Positions 1 through 9,259 of a stretch of DNA of 64,000 nucleotides are shown piece by piece. The notes below the pieces were generated by a model. It was not told where the DNA came from. It did not search any database and was given only the letters and a program-made list of their open reading frames with translations. The stretch is taken from NCBI GenBank assembly GCA_900314865.1, contig OMWW01000006.1, positions 21,828 through 85,827 of the forward strand, read 5' to 3'. Made by a program: the position numbers and the translations under genes. Every line of letters starts with the position of its first letter. Position 1 is the stretch's first letter. This stretch comes from an uncultured Erysipelotrichaceae bacterium. GTDB taxonomy: Bacteria; Bacillota_I; Bacilli_A; RFN20; CAG-826.

Positions 1-1
1 C

Positions 2-268
2 GAAAAATTGGAAAAACTAAATATGTGCATTGAATATTTACTTAAAACTAACGGCAAATATATCCATCTAGATTACAAACTTATTTTTGGTGACTTTGTT
101 AACGAGAAAGATATTGTTTTGTATAGAAACACTACAAATTGCTTTAGGCATGGTTCAGAAGACGCTATAAAATCTCGCGCCATTTTAGACAATGACTATA
201 AGATTTTTTTAATTGAATATGGAATGCTAGTCGTTCAGTCCCTACTATCGTATCTAAAAAAAGATTAG
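2..268 (+). CDS. C-terminal part of a hypothetical protein, possibly HEPN/Abi-like; open at the left edge
   Basis: Frame is open from base 2 (GAA AAA TTG) and ends at TAG 268. Contains YRNTTNCFRHG, an R..RH pattern reminiscent of HEPN-like folds. Confidence 0.55.
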   Translation, partial: EKLEKLNMCIEYLLKTNGKYIHLDYKLIFGDFVNEKDIVLYRNTTNCFRHGSEDAIKSRAILDNDYKIFLIEYGMLVVQSLLSYLKKD

Positions 269-305
269 TAAAGTTGTCAAAAACGGTTATTTGGTAATAT
301 TATAT

Positions 306-827
306 TTAAAAATTTAAATATTTTTTAAAATATTTATTAACAGTTTTATCACTTTCAAACAACTCCAATTCTGCTTTGCTTATTTTACTTTTTAGATATT
401 CTATTAAATATGCAAACGAACTTTTTTTGTTGTTTTTTCTACTCCAATGATATATGTTCCATAAATAACATTTACAATCATAATTGGTGACCGATCTATA
501 GAGTTCGTATTCAAATATTTCAAACTCTTTCTTACTTAATAATTTTTTTGCTCTTAAAAAACAAACGTAGTTTAAATGAGATAGAAAATTATCTATATTT
601 GACTCAATGGGCGAACCATGAAATTTCTCATCATACCACGTGATATCATAATCAAGCAGATATTCAATTTGTGAGAGTTCTGTATTACCCCTCATTGCTT
701 TTAGCAAATCGCTTACAAATTCTGCTCTTTTAATCTTCTTTGTTTGATTAATTTGAAGATATGTTAAAACAATCCCTAATATGGCTATGGCAGCCGCGAC
801 AATTCCAATTATGCTTTCTTCTTTCAT
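306..827 (-). CDS. Single-TM membrane protein, DUF4760-like
   Basis: 173 aa. N-terminal hydrophobic helix (SIIGIVAAAIAILGIVLTYL) followed by a helical domain; GGGAG SD upstream on the minus strand. Confidence 0.6.
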   Translation of the reverse strand: MKEESIIGIVAAAIAILGIVLTYLQINQTKKIKRAEFVSDLLKAMRGNTELSQIEYLLDYDITWYDEKFHGSPIESNIDNFLSHLNYVCFLRAKKLLSKKEFEIFEYELYRSVTNYDCKCYLWNIYHWSRKNNKKSSFAYLIEYLKSKISKAELELFESDKTVNKYFKKYLNF

Positions 828-877
828 TTTCTTTTCTCCCTACCACATTACATATTATTATATAAAGGGTAGATGTT

Positions 878-1897
878 ATGATGTGCAATTTCTTTAATTT
901 TTTTCCAGTAGGACAAGGGTTATTCTATTACGGTTCGTTAAACTTTGGTGAATTTACATTTGCTTATGATTGTGGAACCATAACACACGAAGTTGATTTG
1001 TCTAACCATATCTCTAAAGTGGTTAAATTGAATGGTGGCAATAAATTAGATTTCCTTGCTATTTCACATTTTCATTGGGATCATGTTAGTGGTGTAGAGC
1101 AATTGGAAAACTTGGTGGGATTTAAACATGTATATTTGCCATATTTATCTAGCAATTCAACGATTAGAAACTTTGTCATTGGGATTCAACTATTTGAAGA
1201 CACGCAAGAGTTTGATGAAAGGAGATTATCTACTTATCGCTTTTTGATAAACCTATACAATAGAGATAATAGAAATTTAGAGCCTGGGTCTGGTTATATA
1301 CCGCATCCAAATTGGGTATTTAAATATTTTAATAAAGAAATCAAACCAAAATTATGTGAACTATTATTAGAAAAGATAGAAAAGTTATTAATTAAATATA
1401 GTGTAACGAATGTTATAGATTTATTTAAAGTTGGTAAATTTAAAGAGTTAAGGGAAGCATATTTAGAAGTATTTAAAAATAGTGAACTAAATGATACTTC
1501 TTTATTACTACTTCATTATCCTGAAATTAATAATCATTTTTATGAAACAAGGTACTATCCAAATGATTGTGGGACAATTATAAATGAAGGAACGCATCAT
1601 CATTTTTATCCATATACCTTATTAACTGGTGACATTTTATTTGATGACAATCTTGCAAAAGATGTTATTAATAGCTATCCAACAGGTGTATCTGGAATAG
1701 TTCAAGTCCCTCACCACGGCTCTAAATATAACTGGTCATCTCTTATAAATCGATTCCCATCGTTTAATTGTTATGTTGTTAACTATGGAACAACAAATAA
1801 GTTTGGACATCCAGATTATTTATTAAGAACCCATGTTCCGTCGCATAAGTTTTTTGATAATAATGAATTTAAAGGATTTTTATATCAAATAATTTAA
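878..1897 (+). CDS. MBL-fold metallohydrolase (ComEC/Rec2-type beta-lactamase fold)
   Basis: Motifs PVGQG, YDCG, SHFHWDH, LLTGD, VPHHGS and FGHP. Confidence 0.85.
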   Translation: MMCNFFNFFPVGQGLFYYGSLNFGEFTFAYDCGTITHEVDLSNHISKVVKLNGGNKLDFLAISHFHWDHVSGVEQLENLVGFKHVYLPYLSSNSTIRNFVIGIQLFEDTQEFDERRLSTYRFLINLYNRDNRNLEPGSGYIPHPNWVFKYFNKEIKPKLCELLLEKIEKLLIKYSVTNVIDLFKVGKFKELREAYLEVFKNSELNDTSLLLLHYPEINNHFYETRYYPNDCGTIINEGTHHHFYPYTLLTGDILFDDNLAKDVINSYPTGVSGIVQVPHHGSKYNWSSLINRFPSFNCYVVNYGTTNKFGHPDYLLRTHVPSHKFFDNNEFKGFLYQII

Positions 1898-1977
1898 TTT
1901 ATCGCAAACGATGCCTGGCTCGTGTTTAAATTATTGTGGTGGATTGTCTAGATGTTCTACAAACACTCGCCGAATAA

Positions 1978-2364
1978 AAAACTGACAACATTATCTTTTA
2001 TGGTCAAAGACCATTGGAAGATACGCCTGCGTTATATAAGATTGCAGACGCTATGCTTGTTACATTGGAAGATAAACCATACGCGAATATGACTATACCA
2101 GGAAAGGTTCAATCATATATGGCGGTTGGTAAACCTATTATTGGTGCGATTAATGGTAGCTGCGCTAATTTTATAAAGAATAATGATGTTGGATTTGCTT
2201 GTTCATCTGGTGACAGCAAGGGTCTAGCAAACCTCATTAAGAGTTTAGAATTAAGAGAGTTGAAATTGATTGGCAAACATTCTAAAGATGTTTACTTTAA
2301 GAAATATAGTAAGTCTATTTTTATGAGTAGATTGATTTCAACATTGGAGTCAATGAAGAAATAA
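1978..2364 (+). pseudogene. Truncated glycosyltransferase family 4 (C-terminal domain only)
   Basis: KTDNIIFYGQRPLED..ADAMLVTL..TIPGKVQSYMAVGKPIIG is a GT-B C-terminal signature. In-frame TAA at 1975-1977 lies just upstream and the N-terminal domain is absent. Confidence 0.8.
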
Positions 2365-2648
2365 AACCTACATTTCTTTAATAACCGAATATCTATAATT
2401 CGCCATTTGCCCATTCTTCCTAGTTTAAAGAGATTCGACAAATCTTTTTTCTTTTTGAACAATAGAAGGAAACAACTTTCTAAATTCATCTTTTGATGTT
2501 TCTTTCTTACACTTGGCTATAATTAGCTCGTAGTTAGGCAAAACAATCATCTTGTAGTGGTGAACATCCATTAAATATGTAGTCAAATACCTAATATTAA
2601 ATATTTAATGCACAGTATATTTGTTATATAATAAATAAACATTTCATT

Positions 2649-3440
2649 ATGAAAACATATAAAGTATTTATTAACATCGCTTTGATTTCTGCACTTGTGT
2701 TTTTGAGTGTTTCCATTATTTTATGGGTTATGCTTGTTATTTATTCTTTTATAAATACAGGTTTTATTGTTGACACTAATAACTTTGATATTGTTTATCG
2801 CATCGCCCTTATTTCTACAACTATTACTTTTGGTCTTTTTACAATTCAGTTTACTTTAAGATCATTACAAAACGCTTTATCAGATAAGCGAAGCAAAGAA
2901 TTGATTAGGACAAATGATTTACTTAACGATTATATGGAACTTGCTTCTTCTCCAAGATTCCTATTCGTTAAATCTGTTTGTCGTGAATTAAGTGATATTT
3001 TTAATTTTGGTACATCATTTGATAATTTTGAAAACACTCAAAAAGATTTTGTTAATATACTTCTCAGTTTATTAGCAAACTCATCTAAGAGTTTTAGCGC
3101 TGAGCTTATCAATGCTTCCAAAGCCTATATTTATAGATCTACGATTGATAACGACAGTCCTGAATGGTTTAAGTCCACGTACACTAACGACAAAATGTAT
3201 GAATACTTTATGTCTTCTTATGTTGCAATTGAAAATAAATTCGAAGTATTTTCATATCAATATATCAATAAATCTGTCGATGATAATTTGTTTGAAGAAC
3301 AATTATTAAACGATATACGTTTCTTTTATCTATTCCACCTCTTGTTTGTGGGGCTTGGTATGATCACAAATGATTGTAAATCGATTTCTTATCAAGCCAT
3401 AAGGATATTTAAAGAAAAAAATGATAAAATAAAAAAGTAG
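2649..3440 (+). CDS. Two-TM membrane protein with DUF4760-like C-terminal helical domain
   Basis: 263 aa. Two N-terminal hydrophobic helices; C-terminal NKFEVFSYQYINKSVDDNLF resembles the N.LE.F....N...DE pattern of DUF4760. Confidence 0.55.
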   Translation: MKTYKVFINIALISALVFLSVSIILWVMLVIYSFINTGFIVDTNNFDIVYRIALISTTITFGLFTIQFTLRSLQNALSDKRSKELIRTNDLLNDYMELASSPRFLFVKSVCRELSDIFNFGTSFDNFENTQKDFVNILLSLLANSSKSFSAELINASKAYIYRSTIDNDSPEWFKSTYTNDKMYEYFMSSYVAIENKFEVFSYQYINKSVDDNLFEEQLLNDIRFFYLFHLLFVGLGMITNDCKSISYQAIRIFKEKNDKIKK

Positions 3441-3452
3441 GAGGTATTTATT

Positions 3453-3656
3453 ATGAGCACATCATCAAGTTATAAGAATTTGGAAAAAGTAATTTCTAAT
3501 TTGAAAAAGAATAACTACAAAGCAGAGACTAATGCTTTTTACAATGAGGAGCTACGTGTAAATGCTTCTGGAAACGTTTATATTGTTGAAAATAACAATG
3601 GTGAGGAAAAGGTATCTTCTGATCAAATTCTTAAATTAATAAACGCTAGAAGATAA
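3453..3656 (+). CDS. Small hypothetical protein (67 aa)
   Basis: Strong SD (AGGAGG) overlapping the stop of the preceding gene, followed by ATG; likely co-transcribed. Confidence 0.7.
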   Translation: MSTSSSYKNLEKVISNLKKNNYKAETNAFYNEELRVNASGNVYIVENNNGEEKVSSDQILKLINARR

Positions 3657-3669
3657 TGTTTTTAAAAAC

Positions 3670-3756
3670 GGAGGATTACCCAAGAGGCTGAAGGGGACCG
3701 GTTGATAGCGGTTAGGTTCAGAAATGGGCGCAAGGGTTCGAATCCCTTATCCTCCT
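3670..3756 (+). tRNA. tRNA-Ser-like gene with aberrant anticodon arm (GAT in canonical register); no encoded CCA
   Basis: Acceptor GGAGGAT/ATCCTCC 7/7. D arm CCC..GG..GGG. Long variable arm GTTCA-GAAA-TGGGC. T arm AAGGG-TTCGAAT-CCCTT 5/5. Anticodon arm ACCG-GTTGATAG-CGGT is 16 nt instead of 17. Confidence 0.85.
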
Positions 3757-4015
3757 TTTTATTTTCTGATATTTTAATAATTTCTTATTTAGTGCGCTGT
3801 AACAAGTCAAGACTTCATAAAACCTCATTATTGTTTATGCTTTGTTACAAAACTGGCCTAGCCTTCTAATCTATGTCATTTTGCATTTGCTTTTCCTACA
3901 ATCGACTTGCAAATGTGTATCATTTAACATAGCAGGTTTAATAGTCGATAAAAATGTGATAAAAATATAAATAGTATATATATTAAAGGCTCTTTTGAGA
4001 TGGAGGAATATATTA

Positions 4016-4444
4016 ATGGAAAAAGAAAAAGCATTAGAAATTTGGGATATTCTGTTTGGCAAAGACACTCTTTGGGTTCAAGATTGTTTTGGAACATGGA
4101 TGTATCGTGAAGATTATGGCGATACAGAGAAGAAAAGGGTCCGACCCGGAAATACTAAAGAGTATAAATATGGCTGGGAAATAGACCACATCAGACCAAA
4201 AAGTGATTTTGGGGAGAACGCTGACTCAGATTTATTAAATAATTATGAGATTATGCAATGGAGTAATAACAGAACCAAAGGTAATGATTACCCACAGTTT
4301 GAGATTAATGATGTGAAATATAAAGTTGTGAAGTGTGATATTTGTGGAAATAAAGGCTTAAAAGGATACGGAATAGTTAATTCAGAAGGAAAAAGAATTG
4401 ATTGGAAAGGCAGAAATAATAAGTATTTTACTAGAAATAAGTAA
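4016..4444 (+). CDS. HNH endonuclease family protein
   Basis: GWEIDHIRPKS...NNYEIMQWSNNRTKGND is an HNH pattern; C-terminal CxxC; GGAGG SD before ATG 4016. Confidence 0.8.
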   Translation: MEKEKALEIWDILFGKDTLWVQDCFGTWMYREDYGDTEKKRVRPGNTKEYKYGWEIDHIRPKSDFGENADSDLLNNYEIMQWSNNRTKGNDYPQFEINDVKYKVVKCDICGNKGLKGYGIVNSEGKRIDWKGRNNKYFTRNK

Positions 4445-4566
4445 TCACGAAGTTGTTGTAAAAACAATCTGATTAATCATTTTAACAATTATCTTTATTA
4501 ATAATTGATGATTTGAGAAAACGCATAGTATTTTGGCATATATTTTAGTAATTAGAGAAAAATCCA

Positions 4567-6348
4567 ATGAACATACAAGACATAAAAGAAATTATAAAAG
4601 AAGTTATCAAAAACAAAACTTATTGCAAATCGGTTTTGATAGATGGACCGTGGGGTTGTGGAAAGACCACTGCGGTTAAAGATGCAATTAAAGACTTAAC
4701 AGAAGAGGTTGTTTCTAAGAAGAAATTGGTTTATCAGTCTCTATTTGGAATTAAAGATGTTTCTGAATTAGTGGCGTGTTTTTCTTATGCAGGCAAAATC
4801 ATATATTCAGTAACAAAATCGATTGCCAGTCCATTTACTAAACTAATTCCAATTGTTGGAGAACAAATCAAAGAAGGTATAGATAATTCAACGGCTTTGT
4901 TTTCGCCACGTCCTTCAAAAAAGAAGGATACTATCTTCATATTTGATGATTTAGAAAGAGCAGATGAGTCCCTTTCTTATATAGCGTTACTTGGGTTTTT
5001 TAATCAATTGATTATGAGAGGTTGCAGAATAATTTGTATTTCTTCCCTTGACGACTTATCAAGATTAGATTCTGAAAGAAAAATAGGCTTGGATGCTTTT
5101 TTAGAAAAGGCGTTTGACAGAATCTTATATATTAATGAAGATCCTGAAGATATTATTATTAAACTTTTTGAAGATAACGAAAAAACAAAAAACTGCATAC
5201 GACAATGTGTTGATATGTTTGAAAGCAACATTCGCTTAGCTATGAAGGCCCACAGGTTACTATCTGATGTCTATGAAAATTCAAAAGAATTTAAATATGA
5301 CCTAAGTAAAAAATATAACGACTTACAAATTTTGAAATCAACCATATGTTCAATTAAAGCTATTTATTTCTTTGAAAGAGAGAAAAAAGAAAAGAATGAC
5401 AATAGTAAAATAACAAATGTATATGAGGATTTGCTATCAATCCATCAATCAAAGCAGCTAGCTTCTAGAGTTTCTAAGAATATCAATAATGTAATTAAAC
5501 AAGATGAATTGTATTACGTTCCAGAAGAAATTGCCGACATTAAAATACTTGCTAGATGTTTGTGTATGGCCGAAGTTCACAAAGATTATAGTGAACTTAT
5601 TAAAAACTTTTCCTCTAATAATGAAAAAGAAAAAATAAATATCTTAGATACTTCTGTATTCTATTTGGATGACGAAGGAAAGAGAAGCGCTTTTTTAAAG
5701 TTTAAGAAGGATACATTGGAAGGGACCGCAACCATTAATAGGCAATATATTGATAGATTTGCCGAGTTCTTAAAATATACTGATTTCGACTTGAAAGATG
5801 ATGGACTTATTGATTGTGTTATTTCAACAGTTGTTGATAAATACTTAAATGGAGACACAAGTGCATATGATAGACTCCAAGATTATACCAACTTCCCTAA
5901 CGAAACTAACAATCCTAAAATCATGGATGAGGTATTTGAAGAGGTTTCACAAAAGCTGCACAAAACAGAAACAGAATCTATAGAGTTAAAAATGAAAGAT
6001 GCATTTGAAAAAGAAGATTATACTTTTTTATTAGATTTGTTGCATGATGTTGAACATTATAAAAAGCCAGAACATATTAGAAAAGAAATAAAACGCATTC
6101 TCATTAACAATAATTTTTATTTTCCAGATTTAAGCAAAAATATTGATTATGAATCATGGTCATATTGCCATCAAGTTGCAAAAATTTCAAAAGGTGATAA
6201 CGATATGTCACACAAGTTTATTAATTTACTAAAAGAGGAAGTATCAAAACATAAAGATAGTAAATCCGCTATCGATAGAGCCAAAGCGCTTGTGCAATAT
6301 AATTTTGATGCCGAAACGTTTAAAGAGTTTGTGGCTTATTGTGATTAA
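4567..6348 (+). CDS. KAP-family P-loop NTPase
   Basis: Walker A LIDGPWGCGKTT, YQSLFG, Walker B FIFDDLER and FLEKAFD, followed by a long helical C-terminus. Confidence 0.85.
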   Translation: MNIQDIKEIIKEVIKNKTYCKSVLIDGPWGCGKTTAVKDAIKDLTEEVVSKKKLVYQSLFGIKDVSELVACFSYAGKIIYSVTKSIASPFTKLIPIVGEQIKEGIDNSTALFSPRPSKKKDTIFIFDDLERADESLSYIALLGFFNQLIMRGCRIICISSLDDLSRLDSERKIGLDAFLEKAFDRILYINEDPEDIIIKLFEDNEKTKNCIRQCVDMFESNIRLAMKAHRLLSDVYENSKEFKYDLSKKYNDLQILKSTICSIKAIYFFEREKKEKNDNSKITNVYEDLLSIHQSKQLASRVSKNINNVIKQDELYYVPEEIADIKILARCLCMAEVHKDYSELIKNFSSNNEKEKINILDTSVFYLDDEGKRSAFLKFKKDTLEGTATINRQYIDRFAEFLKYTDFDLKDDGLIDCVISTVVDKYLNGDTSAYDRLQDYTNFPNETNNPKIMDEVFEEVSQKLHKTETESIELKMKDAFEKEDYTFLLDLLHDVEHYKKPEHIRKEIKRILINNNFYFPDLSKNIDYESWSYCHQVAKISKGDNDMSHKFINLLKEEVSKHKDSKSAIDRAKALVQYNFDAETFKEFVAYCD

Positions 6349-6735
6349 TTGCGATTATTCGTATTTTTTGCCACGTTACCCCGGAACTTTGTTCCCTGGT
6401 AACCGCTTTAACATTGATAACTACCTTATCGCATAATTCTTTTAAGATATAAAGACAGATGTTATATTCGTATGGGGGTTTCTTATCAAAGATAATCTTA
6501 TCTTTATTGTGCATAGCGATACCTGTTCCTTATGTAATATAAGTCCATCAAAAAAGCGAATAATTCAAGTTATAATTCTGTAAATAGCTGTCTATGTAAT
6601 AGACATTAGAAAGTTTATAAATTATTATATTAGAAGAAAAAATACCGAATTATATAGTGCCAATTAGTATTATTACACATGTGTTAATTATGGTTTTTGG
6701 AATAGTGTGTTGGCAAAACACAAGGAGGACTTTGC

Positions 6736-7452
6736 ATGGCTTCGATTAAGAAAGTATTTGAAAATATTAAAGACGATTTGACTAATTCTGTGCAAGAACG
6801 AAAAAACATTAAAATCCTTGAAGCCAAAGGTATAATTGTCACTGATTTTAGAATTTGTAATGGTTCAAAGCAAGATTTGTATGTATCAGGAAATATCGAC
6901 ACAAGCGAAAAGAAAATATTCTTTGCTTCAAGACGAACTATTGAAATTGGGACAATTTTGGTTGATAAACTTCTTAATCTTTATCAAATAAAAGCATCAA
7001 CGTATGATAAAAATAGACTGTTTGATGAAGATGTAGTGACAACGATTTGCGACTATGATTTGTATGTGCCAAATAATCCGGCGAGAAATGTGATTAATCA
7101 GAGTGCAAATATTTTTCAGGGTTTTTCTGATAATTCCTTTAATAATATAGGCACCCTCGTACTAAATGTTGAGCAAAAAGCAACAATTGAACAATCTATA
7201 AGTATTGCTCAAATGGTTGAAACTGTAGAGGACGAAGCTAAGTATAGGTATAATCCAGTCAAGAATATATTTTCGTTTTTAGAATTGATAAATAAAATTC
7301 TTAAAGGAATTGAAACGATTGATAAATTAGAAGATAAATTGGTGCAAGGTATATTGAAGGAAACCTCATCGTTTTTAAAGGACATGATTTTAATGTTAAT
7401 AAAAAATATAAAAAATAAAGCCGATGAGAGCGGTCATTTCAATGATAAATGA
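6736..7452 (+). CDS. Hypothetical protein (238 aa)
   Basis: AGGAGG SD before ATG; ends in TGA overlapping the next gene; no recognisable motif. Confidence 0.7.
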   Translation: MASIKKVFENIKDDLTNSVQERKNIKILEAKGIIVTDFRICNGSKQDLYVSGNIDTSEKKIFFASRRTIEIGTILVDKLLNLYQIKASTYDKNRLFDEDVVTTICDYDLYVPNNPARNVINQSANIFQGFSDNSFNNIGTLVLNVEQKATIEQSISIAQMVETVEDEAKYRYNPVKNIFSFLELINKILKGIETIDKLEDKLVQGILKETSSFLKDMILMLIKNIKNKADESGHFNDK

Positions 7453-8812
7453 TTTCAGTGACTACATGAATGGAACACTTACTTTTCTAAATTCTAACTG
7501 TTATTTTTCTTTTGATGGTAAAACACTAGAGATTTATTGTGTTAATGGCGAAGCTAGAATAATTTTATGGGAGAAACTAGCTGATGGTTCTTGCGTTTCT
7601 GCCAAGAAAGAAATACCAAGCAATAGACTTGAGGGCCATTCTTTTGATTTAAATGCAGATGTTGTTTTTTATATTGATTCCAAAGGATATGGCTATCATG
7701 GTAGCATAGACACTGAAAAAGTTATCCTTAAAATCAATGTCTTAAAGTACATAACAATTAAGAGTAAGATTTGCGATAAGAACATTCTTGTTTTTAGCTC
7801 TAAACAGTTTCATAAATTTTTATATTTATTTCCGCAATATAATCTCACTTTAAGGCACGAAGACAAAATTGCTGACATCACATACAAATCGGCCGTTTCA
7901 TCAGACAAAGCTGAATTTACGTTTAAGGGTAAGAAATTTGTGGCCTATCCCTGCCCAACAATTAACACCCAAGGGAATAAGTTTGATTTTATTCCTGAAA
8001 TTCATATAGTGTGCGATGAATCGTTGGAGGAAACAGAAATGCTTTCGCTAGTTGAAATTCTATACAAAATCATTTCTTTTTTGTTTATGAGAGTCAACAT
8101 TATTCCAGACAGTATTTATTGTTGTTCCAACAATCTTCAACATAATATTTTTTATCGTAAAGCAACTGACTATATCGAAGAAAAAGAAGATGTGAATTCT
8201 ATTATAAAATATGGATTTATTAGATGGAACACAGTTTACAAGAACTTCCAAAAGATTATTGATGATTTTATCGATGGAAACGCAGATACAAAACACCTTG
8301 GCAATTCATCAGAATCAAGAAAATGGATTGACTTTAAAAAAGTATCCACCATATCATCTTTTTTTGAATCTACTTATGCTCTTATTTATGGAAACAAACC
8401 AAACCATAGAACATCTACTCAAAAGAATATAGATACAATTATTGAAACCTTATTGCCTCTAAAAGATAAAGGGAACAGAAAAATGGGTGACACTATAGAT
8501 TATTTAATTAAGCAGTTAGATCATGTGTCGTTAGAAACGAAGATACAAAAAGTGCTGAATGAATACGACGGTTATTTACGCGCTATCAAAAAAGAATTCG
8601 GGCTTGAGAATAATAGTGTAACCGAAATTGCTGGTATCTGTGCGCAAACAAGAAATTGGACCGATCACGGTGATAAAAGGGCGGCAATTAATCCATTTAT
8701 TGCATCGTGTTTTGCCTATTTGACTTGTGCGACTTATGCTATGTATTTAAAAAGATGGGGAATAGATGATAAGTTTATTGCCAATGCGCTTTTAGAACTG
8801 TATATGGTATAA
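7442..8812 (+). CDS. ApeA-like HEPN domain protein
   Basis: Beta-rich N-terminus and helical C-terminus with the HEPN RxxxxH motif (RNWTDH). Start at 7424 or 7442. Confidence 0.7.
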   Translation: MINDFSDYMNGTLTFLNSNCYFSFDGKTLEIYCVNGEARIILWEKLADGSCVSAKKEIPSNRLEGHSFDLNADVVFYIDSKGYGYHGSIDTEKVILKINVLKYITIKSKICDKNILVFSSKQFHKFLYLFPQYNLTLRHEDKIADITYKSAVSSDKAEFTFKGKKFVAYPCPTINTQGNKFDFIPEIHIVCDESLEETEMLSLVEILYKIISFLFMRVNIIPDSIYCCSNNLQHNIFYRKATDYIEEKEDVNSIIKYGFIRWNTVYKNFQKIIDDFIDGNADTKHLGNSSESRKWIDFKKVSTISSFFESTYALIYGNKPNHRTSTQKNIDTIIETLLPLKDKGNRKMGDTIDYLIKQLDHVSLETKIQKVLNEYDGYLRAIKKEFGLENNSVTEIAGICAQTRNWTDHGDKRAAINPFIASCFAYLTCATYAMYLKRWGIDDKFIANALLELYMV

Positions 8813-8912
8813 ATGTTTATAGATAAATTGCATAGTATAAAGAAAACAAAGATCAATATCTTTCACGAAATTCGTAATTTTAATTGCGGGTCAGTTCTAA
8901 ACAACTAAAACA

Positions 8913-9152
8913 ATGATAAATAAAGACAACAGATTCTTTAGAGAATTGCTTGAGATATTGAGCGAACAAACAAAGATTGAATGTTTAAAGAATTTGGAAG
9001 TTTTAAAAGAACTTGCTGAAGGACATAAAGACTCATATATTACCGCTCATCTTTTAGCAGAATACAATCGTATAGCCTTTGTTGGGCTGATCACATTATT
9101 AAATAAGGAAGCAATCGAGAATAACATTCGAAATATGCTGATGGGATTATAA
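8913..9152 (+). CDS. Small helical hypothetical protein (79 aa)
   Basis: ORF with natural composition filling the gap between larger genes; no motif and no clear SD. Confidence 0.45.
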   Translation: MINKDNRFFRELLEILSEQTKIECLKNLEVLKELAEGHKDSYITAHLLAEYNRIAFVGLITLLNKEAIENNIRNMLMGL

Positions 9153-9259
9153 AACTTGAGATAAGTGGCCGTTATGGCATAAAAATATCAAAATATTGTA
9201 AATTATTGTGCGATAAATTGCATTTAACTAGAAAAAAAGATAATATAGAATCAGAAAAT

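Noticed and set aside
2425-2571. 48-aa minus-strand ORF (MDVHHYKMIVLPNYEL..FVESL)
   Set aside because: No SD and no motif. It may be a gene remnant but cannot be supported.
3697-3712. Odd tRNA as a UGA suppressor for the stop at 10854, or as tRNA-Sec
   Set aside because: The loop contains TGA/GAT, not the TCA anticodon required, and the fold is 7/5 with a short D stem rather than the SelC 8/5 type.
6320-6514. 64-aa minus-strand ORF overlapping the KAP gene end
   Set aside because: No SD or motif; overlaps a real gene and a hairpin.
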